This document shows positions 29,801-38,180 of a DNA stretch of 64,000 bases, piece after piece. This stretch comes from a virus, in the IMG/VR virus record IMGVR_UViG_3300037804_000399, positions 26,832 to 90,831 of that record; one strand, written 5' to 3'. The notes beneath the pieces were generated by a model. That model searched no databases. It saw nothing but the letters and a program-made list of their open reading frames with translations, and had not been told where the DNA came from. Every line of letters begins with the position of its first letter. The first letter of the stretch is position 1. Made by a program: the position numbers and the translations under genes.

Positions 29801-30323
29801 ATCCTTATTTGATATTGTACCAGCTACTGGAGTTGTAACATTCTCACCAGCAGTATTATTTGCTTCACCTACTGACAATGGTGCTAACAATGTATATGAT
29901 GTTGAAATAACAGCAACTAATTTAGGCGGTTCAGTTGCTCAAGCATACGCGATAACTATTAGAGATCCAGCTTTAGTTCAAGAGATAGGAATAGAAATCG
30001 CAGGAGATCCACATGCTGAGATTACTTGGTCTTGGTCTGACGCTGCTGCAACAAAAGATTGGTTAGGTGAGACTTGGTCCAACGGAGAAACTAAACTAGT
30101 ACATGATGAATTTGCAGGAGCAAATGCTTCAGGATTTTACAGAGGTAATTATTCAGTAGGAAGCATTTATGTTGGCGGCTCGGTAAATGCAACATCTGGA
30201 AATATATTTGCTTATGGATCATCAATTGGATTTATGTCTGGTTATGGTAATTTAAATACAGGAGTTGTGTTAGTATCTGGTACAAATACAATGACATTAT
30301 TGATGAAAGCATCATTAACTTAA
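26886..30323 (+). CDS. Large adhesin-like fibre: Cys N-module, six cadherin-like repeats, three variable tip-type domains
   Basis: Repeats of GG.DA..F.I...TG.V.F...PDF..P.D.GANN.YD..ITATN; N-terminal ICY...CDDC. Confidence 0.7.
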   Translation: MANIYLDTDTHGEYIKHNDICYKRVGPSTTEPATVFGAPDETGFADCDDCEFDPPVFFGEFDYETEEEGSLTAFTATATDTDTYEIIEQRDEAFFNINPVTGEIVWKTAPDFDDARDENYDNNYVLRIRATGPGGQTFQFYSVTVTNISELPEFYGPSTRERFDGYDEGMTITAHDTTSFSMIGGEDISKFSLDPTTGVLTFLAIPDFASPGDFDADNEYHVTVRATGPGGFADRNFTIFISEFPTARCTEYGADDILGNLPTNTHPTIDYKIEGMNLAGDKWVAQFARLMCDSNGVQAGRWYSVKANRGASGTLVFDTNYIETNLRHRWTTVAVSSLGFGDEDVGQFYFDIDKDSATIFMVVNYGLIRQGIRFSSTWRSNDYKDVFNLDGNWQHSFDSLGTSATLISSTWDNYNSGVSALGVQAPTGDWTNTATPTYIEDQKITDAMFGEIVFDIGSSGFASPIRVKLSTRRGTGINPDWNDVPAPVAPEIIGPTKYVVNDGVMPAFQVNVKDRTFEPTYTISGGADAALFTVDARGFVNFKVATNYSAPTDAGANNKYDLQITATNDQGADSETYEITVIGVSGVVGPIQTLNFSGSGTTDPTSLDNTVFVKYVGGGGEGVSAFNKTWNSGQLGHVFVDYTDASPNGESIAISIGDSVLNISDLSDTAIIEFTVRAGLTLDLEKILAPLADNDTSVGVESHTLDFTYNDSISDQFGRVTFTNGEVWEFLRGSNWPAPTAPVFTGATAHSLTTGYSNPFTATANPNTYDLNFAITGGADAAVFNITYDGTVTFIVPPDFSAPIDAGANNVYDLEITATNETGSTVQAFTVTVNDFTLPVFNGPFALNVDEEQTDILTVDVQFNDYPPTFSIVSGVDEALFAVDNITGVVTFIAAPDFLTPLDVGANNVYDFEVTATNPAGDQTQAYVITVDQLPLPVFTGTFILEISEGSAAFTAVATNTPTFAITGGLDQSLFDIVPATGVVTFSPAVLFASPTDNGANNVYDVEITATNLGGSVAQAYAITIRDPALVQEIGIEIAGDPHAEITWSWSDAAATKDWLGETWSNGETKLVHDEFAGANASGFYRGNYSVGSIYVGGSVNATSGNIFAYGSSIGFMSGYGNLNTGVVLVSGTNTMTLLMKASLT

Positions 30324-30335
30324 TAGGAAAATGAA

Positions 30336-31226
30336 ATGATTGTAGTAACAGGAACTCCTCGTAGTGGAACTTCATTAGCAATGTTATCATTGGCAAAGTT
30401 AATTGGCAAAGATAAAATAGTAGGAGATAAGTTCCCTCAGAAAAAGAAAGCTCAAAATGCTGCCGAACGATATGTATATGAATTGAAGAATAATAATAAC
30501 TTGAACCCTACAGGGTTTTGGGAAAATTTAAAGTATATATCCAATGGATTTTCATATTCATCAGAAAATGAAAAAGAGTTTTATAAACTATCGACATCCT
30601 CTGATCATGCTGTTAAAATAATTGCTACTGGGTTACCAAAAACAGAACCAAAGTATATTGACAAGTTAGTCATCTGTTTGAGAGATCCTCTTGAAACTGC
30701 AACATCACAAACCGGACTTGTTGGACAAATTGGTCCAAGTGAAGCTGACCCTAAAAAACAAATCTTTGATTTAATAACGATTGCAAAATATATGATAGTA
30801 AATCCAAAGGTTGATTACTTTCTGCTGAATTATTCAGATCATAAGATAAATGCAAAATACACTATGGAACAATTAAGTGCATTTGTAGAAGTACCTTATA
30901 AGGAAAGCATTTACAAGGCCACTGGAAAGAAAACAATGAAGCGTCCCGATACAAAAATTTGGGACGAAGCATTTTACATTTACAATTTAATGATACAGGA
31001 AAATTTTCAAGCAGTGTGTGATTATTCCAATGATGTTACAACTGAGCTATCAAGACAAACAAAATCTTGGTTTTGTCCAAAGTTTGATTTTTTAACTAAT
31101 GATGATCGATGTAATACGTGTAGAAGCAATAGCAAGGTAAGAGAAAACTTTATTAAAAAAGCAAATCACAATAAACATGATCATGAAAACGAACCATGTT
31201 ACTTGGATCTATTAGAACAGGAGTAG
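30336..31226 (+). CDS. Second PAPS-dependent sulfotransferase (paralogue of 25640)
   Basis: TGTPRSGTS; NPTGFWE; ICLRDPLETATS; same C-terminal Cys spacing. Confidence 0.85.
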   Translation: MIVVTGTPRSGTSLAMLSLAKLIGKDKIVGDKFPQKKKAQNAAERYVYELKNNNNLNPTGFWENLKYISNGFSYSSENEKEFYKLSTSSDHAVKIIATGLPKTEPKYIDKLVICLRDPLETATSQTGLVGQIGPSEADPKKQIFDLITIAKYMIVNPKVDYFLLNYSDHKINAKYTMEQLSAFVEVPYKESIYKATGKKTMKRPDTKIWDEAFYIYNLMIQENFQAVCDYSNDVTTELSRQTKSWFCPKFDFLTNDDRCNTCRSNSKVRENFIKKANHNKHDHENEPCYLDLLEQE

Positions 31227-31229
31227 TAA

Positions 31230-31727
31230 ATGAATTGGATTTACACATACAAAGCGCAAATATTACAAAAACTTCCACAGTTTGATTCAAATTATGATGA
31301 GATAGAAAAGAAGATTCAGAAAGCTGACTGTCCTAGATGTGTAAAGACTCGATATGAATTAAAACTGAAAAGACAAGTTTCTCAATCTATGAAACCTGGA
31401 ATGTTTCCTCCACAACTCGAACAACTTCTAGCAGCTTACAATCCTTCATATGGACAAAAGAATAAAATCAAAACAGTAAGTCTCAAACCAGAAGAGATTT
31501 CAATACTCGATGAACGAAAAGGATGTATTGATTGCGTTAGAAAACATATGAGCCAGGCAATAATTTTACTTCGTGAATGTAATCAAGGGTATGGTACAGA
31601 CGAATTTGAGCACAAGTGGTTAGCTGTAGGTCATTTAGCCGAAGCAGCTGATGAAGCGTTGCAAATAAATCCAGCATTGAGTATGAAGATTAGAGATCTC
31701 AGATTAATGATCATGGAACAAGAATGA
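31230..31727 (+). CDS. Cys/His-rich hypothetical protein (putative metal-binding helical domain)
   Basis: CPRC; CIDCVRKH..QA..L..E...GY....H..LAVGHLAEAADE. Confidence 0.55.
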   Translation: MNWIYTYKAQILQKLPQFDSNYDEIEKKIQKADCPRCVKTRYELKLKRQVSQSMKPGMFPPQLEQLLAAYNPSYGQKNKIKTVSLKPEEISILDERKGCIDCVRKHMSQAIILLRECNQGYGTDEFEHKWLAVGHLAEAADEALQINPALSMKIRDLRLMIMEQE

Positions 31728-31924
31728 ATACATCTCCTGAAGTAATAAGAATTGCAATACAAATATTAAGATCTACATGTCAATTTAAACAAATAGGTCC
31801 TTATAACCAACCTATAATTGAAATTCAAAACACGTTAAAAACAATTCACGGCAACGATCTAACAGTATCAGAAGAAACTTTAACTCAACTAAAAGACATT
31901 AGTGACGCTATTGGTAATAAATAA
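31724..31924 (+). CDS. Small hypothetical protein
   Basis: ATGA overlap with the upstream gene. Confidence 0.5.
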   Translation: MNTSPEVIRIAIQILRSTCQFKQIGPYNQPIIEIQNTLKTIHGNDLTVSEETLTQLKDISDAIGNK

Positions 31925-31956
31925 AGATAAACTGATAACATACTTGGAACCCATAC

Positions 31957-33762
31957 ATGGCAAAGTTCAGCGACTTTAATACAGATATAGTTTGTCCTCC
32001 CGATGTGGAAGACTCTCAATTTGACGATCAACCAGAATTATATGATGCCGGTGTTTGGAAACGATTCAAATTTGACATGACTGCGGTCGATGAAAAATTT
32101 GTAATTGCTTTTGAGGCTGAAAATATCGCAAAGTCTGGACTAGACGAATCAGAAAACGGATTGGAGTTTCAAAACAATTACGATTTCCCATCTATTGAAC
32201 CTGATACAGGAGCTGTTGCAGAAGGAAGAGTATTGGATGATTCTGAACGATATGAAAATGCGGTAGGTATTATTCAAATTGATCAATCTACTTTAACATT
32301 TAACAAACATAATCATAAAGTAAAAGTTAGATTAGATGATACTGAAACTGATGATCAGGAAACAACATCTGTAATTTTACAAGAACATGTTGGTAAATAT
32401 CTTCCAGCTTATGAAATAGATGAATCAAACATTGACATTTATTATCTTGATCGTATTAGAAGTACGGTAGACTTTGAAAGTTTAAATGTAGATCCTACAA
32501 ATGCTCGTTTTAGAATTAATAAAGTAGTTTCAGGTGATAATAATTCACATGAAGTATTTTTAGATATCATAGAAAATGATGATGTTAAATACACATCAAT
32601 GTTTTTAGTAAACGTTCCAGAGCATTATGTAAATCGTTCTTTAATTGACTTGAAATTAATTGACAAGTCTTATGTTGAAGAAACTGACAGAGAAGCTATA
32701 TTATGTAATGGACCTGAAGTTAAAAATTATATCGGCGCTGTTCAATATGAAACGTTTAGTTTTGTATTAGGTGGACGAGAAGCGAAATATAAAAAACAAT
32801 CTTTACAAGCACGAGACACAAGACAAATAGTTGAAAACCAATTTAACCCAAGTGTGTTTCATCCTGAATACTTACTAGATGCAGATAAAGAAGGTTGGAA
32901 TGTTGATAATGATGGAGTAGTTTATTATCACCCATCAGCTAGAGATGAATCATTTATCATTGATGAGTATTCTCCTCTTGTTCCGTTCACTGATGTATAT
33001 GATGAGACAGGAGTTATCAACGGAAGGAACTATCTTCCTGGAGTTGTTCCTACGAATGCACTTTATGAATGTCAGAAGGTTGCTGAAGGAATCATTCCTG
33101 ATAATATTATAGATGATGTTGTAACAGGAGAATATCCTCAACGTTGTGACATACCTTGGAATTATCTTACCGAACAGAATTTAACTTTGGATAGTTTCAA
33201 AAGCGAATACCAATTTTTTGATACCGATACATTAATCGGTGAACAGCATCCAATATATGTTAACAAGAGTAATCAACTTAACGTACTTTATCCTGAAGTC
33301 ATGTCAGCTCAATCATTCAGACTTAAAAATATGTATGATCCAAATTGGCAAACTTATATCACACAAAATGACGAATGTATGGAAAGAACGCTAGATGGAT
33401 TGAGAAAATACTGGAGTATAGGTAAAGATTCAAATGACATTTGGTTATCCTACTCGTATAGAGATGTAGATAATGTAAATAACTTCGATCAGTTTGAGTT
33501 AATTGAAAGAATTGAAGGTTTTTATAAGCTGTCTGGATGTCCGTTACATAAGAGTAATGTATATTCACTCTTGATTGAAAATAGTGGATTAAATGAACGA
33601 TTAGAAAAAGGTGAGCATAATGCTGACTCAAATAGTCCAACATTCAATAAAGCTATAAAAATCAAAGTACAAGAACTTGTTGAACAAAATATAAGAAAAC
33701 TTATAGATAAAGTAGCACCAGTTCACACTCAGCTTTGGCGAATAATTTGGAAAGGCGAATAA
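31957..33762 (+). CDS. Baseplate protein, putative C-terminal part of the gp7-like wedge subunit
   Basis: Ends IRKLIDKVAPVHTQLWRIIW (P.HT motif typical of gp7/P2 gpI-type C-termini); acidic composition like the N-terminal part of 16417. Confidence 0.5.
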   Translation: MAKFSDFNTDIVCPPDVEDSQFDDQPELYDAGVWKRFKFDMTAVDEKFVIAFEAENIAKSGLDESENGLEFQNNYDFPSIEPDTGAVAEGRVLDDSERYENAVGIIQIDQSTLTFNKHNHKVKVRLDDTETDDQETTSVILQEHVGKYLPAYEIDESNIDIYYLDRIRSTVDFESLNVDPTNARFRINKVVSGDNNSHEVFLDIIENDDVKYTSMFLVNVPEHYVNRSLIDLKLIDKSYVEETDREAILCNGPEVKNYIGAVQYETFSFVLGGREAKYKKQSLQARDTRQIVENQFNPSVFHPEYLLDADKEGWNVDNDGVVYYHPSARDESFIIDEYSPLVPFTDVYDETGVINGRNYLPGVVPTNALYECQKVAEGIIPDNIIDDVVTGEYPQRCDIPWNYLTEQNLTLDSFKSEYQFFDTDTLIGEQHPIYVNKSNQLNVLYPEVMSAQSFRLKNMYDPNWQTYITQNDECMERTLDGLRKYWSIGKDSNDIWLSYSYRDVDNVNNFDQFELIERIEGFYKLSGCPLHKSNVYSLLIENSGLNERLEKGEHNADSNSPTFNKAIKIKVQELVEQNIRKLIDKVAPVHTQLWRIIWKGE

Positions 33763-33780
33763 TTTTTAAAGGAATAATAA

Positions 33781-36537
33781 ATGAATAGACAACTTCCAGT
33801 TGATATAAAAGATATTAAAGCGTTTTCAAACGAGTATATAAATCATTCGGTTGTAAACAGAGGACGAATCAGACTATATCAGAACGACGAATACTTACTA
33901 CAACAAATCGAAGGTATTTGGGGAAGTAGAGTTGATGAGCGTTTTCGTCTCATACGTACTTCAGAAACTGATTTTCAATATAAGCTTATCAATAATGCGG
34001 ATGTACCAGCTGTAAAGCTAGGTGACGTTATTGCGTACAGTGAAGAAGTAACTCTAGATGGTATTAAACCAAAATGGGGAATTCACACACCAACTACTTA
34101 TCTCAATGATTTGGTTGATGTTGATACTGATCTCGGCGAAGATGATGCTGAATTTAGTTATGCACTTGTATATGATAGAGAAACTGAATCTTGGAAAGCT
34201 ACAAAAGCTTTAATTAATATCGACCAATTAACAATTAATGTTATTGATGTTGTTCATGAAGTTATTGGAAGAACTATTGATGTAAACTCTGATCCACTTA
34301 TTCAGGATTTAGTTTATGTAAATGATGAAGTCATTTATCTTCCAAAGCCAAATAATCATGGTGATAAAATCACTATTGTTAAACCAGCTATCAACACTGG
34401 AACAAGTCCAGTAGATGAAGAGCTCCAAGTTGGTAGTCCTTTTAGAGTTATGATCAGAGTTGTTGATCCTGTTACCCCTTTCACAAGAGACGATAGTGAA
34501 ACATTAACAGTAAGTAAACTGACTCATCCAACTATTTTAGGTAAGCTTTATAATGAAGCTCAAGTATACTGCGAAGATGAAGATAGACCTTTCTCGAGTA
34601 TTACTTTTATTGCATCCATGGAGACATTGACATTAAACACTGGTGAAGAAGTAGAAGTTTCAAATTGGGTTCCTGTAAACGGTACAGGTAACTGGCAATA
34701 TGATTATGCTGATCCAACAATGAGTGAAACTCTTGATGATCATGGATTTGATTTAGATACTGGAAATACTTTAACTGCTGCTGCACAAATAAATTTCAAC
34801 CCAAGTCAGTTATCATCAAAAGGTCTAATAACTTTATTAGGTGATACTCCTGCTAACTATGGACTTGATAATCAAGTGCTTGTTACTAATCCAGGAGAAT
34901 CCAAGTATGAATTAAAAAACCTTCATCATGATTTACATGATAGTGATTATCATACAAATGTTGATGCTGCTGAAATTACTACTGGTCAAACTTTAGTATT
35001 CAAAAAGAATCTTGGCGATAACGGAATGTTCGTAAATGAAACTCTGAAATCAAACAATTCTGCAAACTTAAATGTTAGCGTCGGAACTATTATAGAAGTG
35101 TATAGTAGTACTGCTTTAACACAAATCAATCTACCAAATACTACAGAGTCAGATGATTCTTGGTTACTGGCTGATGGATCTGAGATAGTTGCGGCTGATT
35201 ATCCTGCTCTCATTCCTATTTTAAATAGTGATACAGTTGATATGTTGACTCTTCCGAGTATCACAACAGCAACAGATGTTTACGCCTTCATAAAGGCTAC
35301 AAATGCTACTGTACGTGAAATAAGAGACATGTCATATAAGCACTTAGCAAACCCTTTAGAATTAACACCGCAACCAATCACTAGCAAGGACGATGCCTTA
35401 ATAGAACAAACTGTTCTTTTATCAAGCCCGAACTTTGCTGGAATATCATTTTGGAACGTAAGAAAACTTTATGTTGAGATTTGTGTAACCGACAAGTATA
35501 CTCCTTATTGGGAAGATTCATATATCGGAACTGATTCATACTTCTCACCAAACCTCGATGATTCATGTCAAGATTCATTTCAAGATTCATTTCAAGATTC
35601 ATTTCAAGATTCATTTCAAGACTCTTGTCAGGATTCAGCATTTGATTTCCAAGACTCAATGTTCACAGGATTTGAAGTTGGTATAGGTGATACGTTCATA
35701 ACATTACAAGCAAAACTACCTGGCGCAACAAACTATACAAAATTATTTCAGAAGCAAACATTTGACACTGAAAGCTTTTCAACCCTTCTTGAGATTCCAG
35801 TTAATGAGAATCAGGAATGTGTTAACATTAAGTTTGGTTCAATGGTTAATTCATACTTTGGATTATCAGTAAAAGTAATTGGAGTAGATTGCGTTCGTGA
35901 ATTAACTTCTTCATTAGATGTAGAAACAGTTCAGATTAAAGGTACTGTTTCAAATGTAGATGTTTATAATCAACAGTATATTGATAACATTAGTAAATCA
36001 TTAACTGATAGCACTACAGGATTGAGCATTTATCCAATTCATGTGTTAGCCAATCAAGAAGTTTCAGAACCGTTTACTGAGTGGAGCGAAGTATTCGCAT
36101 TCCTAAATAACGATCTCGATCTTTCGACAGTTACAAAGACTACAATCAAAGGACAATTTTACAACTCTGGTTTATCAACAACACTGATCAATACAAACAC
36201 ACATCTTCAAGAAAACATGGCAACATTAAATGTCACTTTTGATTGGGAAGGTGGAACGATGATTGGTTCGTATGATATAAATCAAGGTGCTAGTCCATTG
36301 TTATTGTTTAGTGGAATTATAAAAGGTACTCGTTCAGTTGTTGGTGGTCTATATGTTTGGGACATTACAACACAAACTACTTTTGGTGTTGAGCCTTCAC
36401 TTGCTCCGACTATCAAATTTGAGTTTGAGCCAAGCGTGTCTCCATCATTCCCAGTTATCAATGCACTTCCGAAACCAGGTATCAACGATGTAGTATCATA
36501 CGATATTACACATTATCGTCACACTAACACGATTTAA
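33781..36537 (+). CDS. Tail fibre/baseplate protein with tail-collar domain
   Basis: VGTIIEV...WLLADGSEI..ADYPAL...LP collar motif; LNDLVDVD fibre repeat; (DSFQ)n. Confidence 0.65.
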   Translation: MNRQLPVDIKDIKAFSNEYINHSVVNRGRIRLYQNDEYLLQQIEGIWGSRVDERFRLIRTSETDFQYKLINNADVPAVKLGDVIAYSEEVTLDGIKPKWGIHTPTTYLNDLVDVDTDLGEDDAEFSYALVYDRETESWKATKALINIDQLTINVIDVVHEVIGRTIDVNSDPLIQDLVYVNDEVIYLPKPNNHGDKITIVKPAINTGTSPVDEELQVGSPFRVMIRVVDPVTPFTRDDSETLTVSKLTHPTILGKLYNEAQVYCEDEDRPFSSITFIASMETLTLNTGEEVEVSNWVPVNGTGNWQYDYADPTMSETLDDHGFDLDTGNTLTAAAQINFNPSQLSSKGLITLLGDTPANYGLDNQVLVTNPGESKYELKNLHHDLHDSDYHTNVDAAEITTGQTLVFKKNLGDNGMFVNETLKSNNSANLNVSVGTIIEVYSSTALTQINLPNTTESDDSWLLADGSEIVAADYPALIPILNSDTVDMLTLPSITTATDVYAFIKATNATVREIRDMSYKHLANPLELTPQPITSKDDALIEQTVLLSSPNFAGISFWNVRKLYVEICVTDKYTPYWEDSYIGTDSYFSPNLDDSCQDSFQDSFQDSFQDSFQDSCQDSAFDFQDSMFTGFEVGIGDTFITLQAKLPGATNYTKLFQKQTFDTESFSTLLEIPVNENQECVNIKFGSMVNSYFGLSVKVIGVDCVRELTSSLDVETVQIKGTVSNVDVYNQQYIDNISKSLTDSTTGLSIYPIHVLANQEVSEPFTEWSEVFAFLNNDLDLSTVTKTTIKGQFYNSGLSTTLINTNTHLQENMATLNVTFDWEGGTMIGSYDINQGASPLLLFSGIIKGTRSVVGGLYVWDITTQTTFGVEPSLAPTIKFEFEPSVSPSFPVINALPKPGINDVVSYDITHYRHTNTI
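35560..35640 (+). repeat. 12-bp tandem repeat encoding DS(F/C)Q
   Basis: GATTCATTTCAA-type units, about 6 copies. Confidence 0.9.
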
Positions 36538-36548
36538 GGATAATAATT

Positions 36549-37385
36549 ATGAAAGAAATTCAATCTATACAAATTGAAGATGGTGACGATGGAAGAGTTC
36601 CAGCAACAGATTCAACTTCTTCAAAGGGATATGTAGTTAGAAAATTAGATAACCCTGACTTTGTAGAACCGTTTAAAACAGAAGCAGCATTTGATCAATT
36701 TGAAGATTCTTCTTTTGATCCTCTCGTAAGTAAAGTTGATTATGTATATGATTATGTAACTCAGTTTGATGATAGTTTTATGTTGGAAGATTCATTTCCA
36801 GGATTTACAGATCCTAATGATAGAGCAAATCATTTTGGAACTCAAACAGCTGATACAATTGAAGACTTTGACGAAGCAGTGTTGTTACTTCTTCCAATGG
36901 AAGCCTTTAAACATTATATTGCTGTTGTCGTACACACTGATAATGTCACTAATCAATTCAGTGAAATCATCAATCCAGCTGCACCTGCTTATTCAAGCAA
37001 AGATCCATTAGGAACTATTGTTGCAGATATTCTTCCAATGAACATTGGAGATATTACATACGCTTCAATGAATTATAAATGTTCAGGACAAGATGGTACC
37101 AAAGATTGGGATTATCATTTGATTCTTGATTTAGAAAATGAAACATACAGTGGGTATGTTGCAATGTCTGATACTGACGGAGATGATGTAGTTAAAATTA
37201 ATGGTGTGTTAGATGGAACACCTTGTACGTTGACAGTTCTAAGCGGAACTCAAGGTTCTGATTTAGAGATTGCTATAGAAGCAAATGAGTTTTCAGGCGA
37301 ATGGTTGATTACAGCTCTACCTAAGATTAAAACAATCACAGGTACAACTGGTAAAAAACATCAATATACCATACAAACTCAATAA
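36549..37385 (+). CDS. Structural protein, C-terminal region resembles the end of 33781
   Basis: ITALPK vs INALPK and similar flanks; several DSF motifs. Confidence 0.45.
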   Translation: MKEIQSIQIEDGDDGRVPATDSTSSKGYVVRKLDNPDFVEPFKTEAAFDQFEDSSFDPLVSKVDYVYDYVTQFDDSFMLEDSFPGFTDPNDRANHFGTQTADTIEDFDEAVLLLLPMEAFKHYIAVVVHTDNVTNQFSEIINPAAPAYSSKDPLGTIVADILPMNIGDITYASMNYKCSGQDGTKDWDYHLILDLENETYSGYVAMSDTDGDDVVKINGVLDGTPCTLTVLSGTQGSDLEIAIEANEFSGEWLITALPKIKTITGTTGKKHQYTIQTQ

Positions 37386-37391
37386 AACAAC

Positions 37392-37419
37392 TTACAAATG
37401 CATGATAGATCGCTATTAT
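37392..37419 (+). promoter_or_regulatory. Class-2 promoter
   Basis: TTACAA-N16-TATTAT. Confidence 0.55.
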
Positions 37420-37470
37420 ATACTATAGAGAGAATCACAAGTGCGTTTCCAATCACATTGGAGATTAAGA

Positions 37471-38043
37471 ATGGCTAGAAAAAGACACATATACTACGTT
37501 GGCAAAGAAGAATTGATGAGTGAGTTACGACTTTTCAATGAATCAATGGCAAAAGATCCACAAAATATAGGTACTGCTACTGAAGAACTTGGAGAAATGT
37601 TATTAAAGATTGCTACTAGGTATGCTACTCGTCCAAACTTTTGGCGATATTCGTTCCGAGAAGATTTTGTAAACGAAGCAATCTTTAGAATGGTTAAAAA
37701 CCTTCACAAAATAGATTTAAATCACCCGAAGTGTAATCCATTTAGTTACTTGACTATGATTTGTCATAATGTATTCATATTTTGGATCATGAAATCGAAG
37801 AAACATGAGAAAGCAAAACTAGAAATAGCAAGAGAACACCTTATCGATCTGGAATACATGAATGATATTGATAGGTCTCAACAATTACAAATTTTAGATG
37901 AAATTGAAACTGCTCAATTTGGTGAGAATGAAAAACGAGAAATGAAAACACCGAGAGCAAAGAAATTAGCAGATGCTAAGAAAGCTAAAGCAGAAGCAAA
38001 GGCAAAAGAAGAAGCAGAATCAACACCATCAAAAGAAAAATAA
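37471..38043 (+). CDS. 55: Late-transcription sigma factor (T4 gp55-like)
   Basis: YV.KEEL...LGEMLLKIA......PNF..YSFRED...NPFSYLT.I..N.F; start 37471 after GGAG. Confidence 0.9.
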   Translation: MARKRHIYYVGKEELMSELRLFNESMAKDPQNIGTATEELGEMLLKIATRYATRPNFWRYSFREDFVNEAIFRMVKNLHKIDLNHPKCNPFSYLTMICHNVFIFWIMKSKKHEKAKLEIAREHLIDLEYMNDIDRSQQLQILDEIETAQFGENEKREMKTPRAKKLADAKKAKAEAKAKEEAESTPSKEK

Positions 38044-38066
38044 TACTTTACTTGAAATATAAGTTT

Positions 38067-38096
38067 AAAAAGGATCAACCATGTTGATCTTTTTTT
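38067..38096 (+). terminator. Intrinsic terminator
   Basis: AGGATCAAC-CAT-GTTGATCTT + T-run. Confidence 0.75.
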
Positions 38097-38110
38097 ATGT
38101 AAACTCATAC

Positions 38111-38138
38111 TTAAAATTTCAATAGTTAATACGATAAT
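38111..38138 (+). promoter_or_regulatory. Class-2 promoter
   Basis: TTAAAA-N16-GATAAT. Confidence 0.55.
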
Positions 38139-38180
38139 AACACAATAAAAAATGATATTGTACACCCTTGGAGATTAAAT

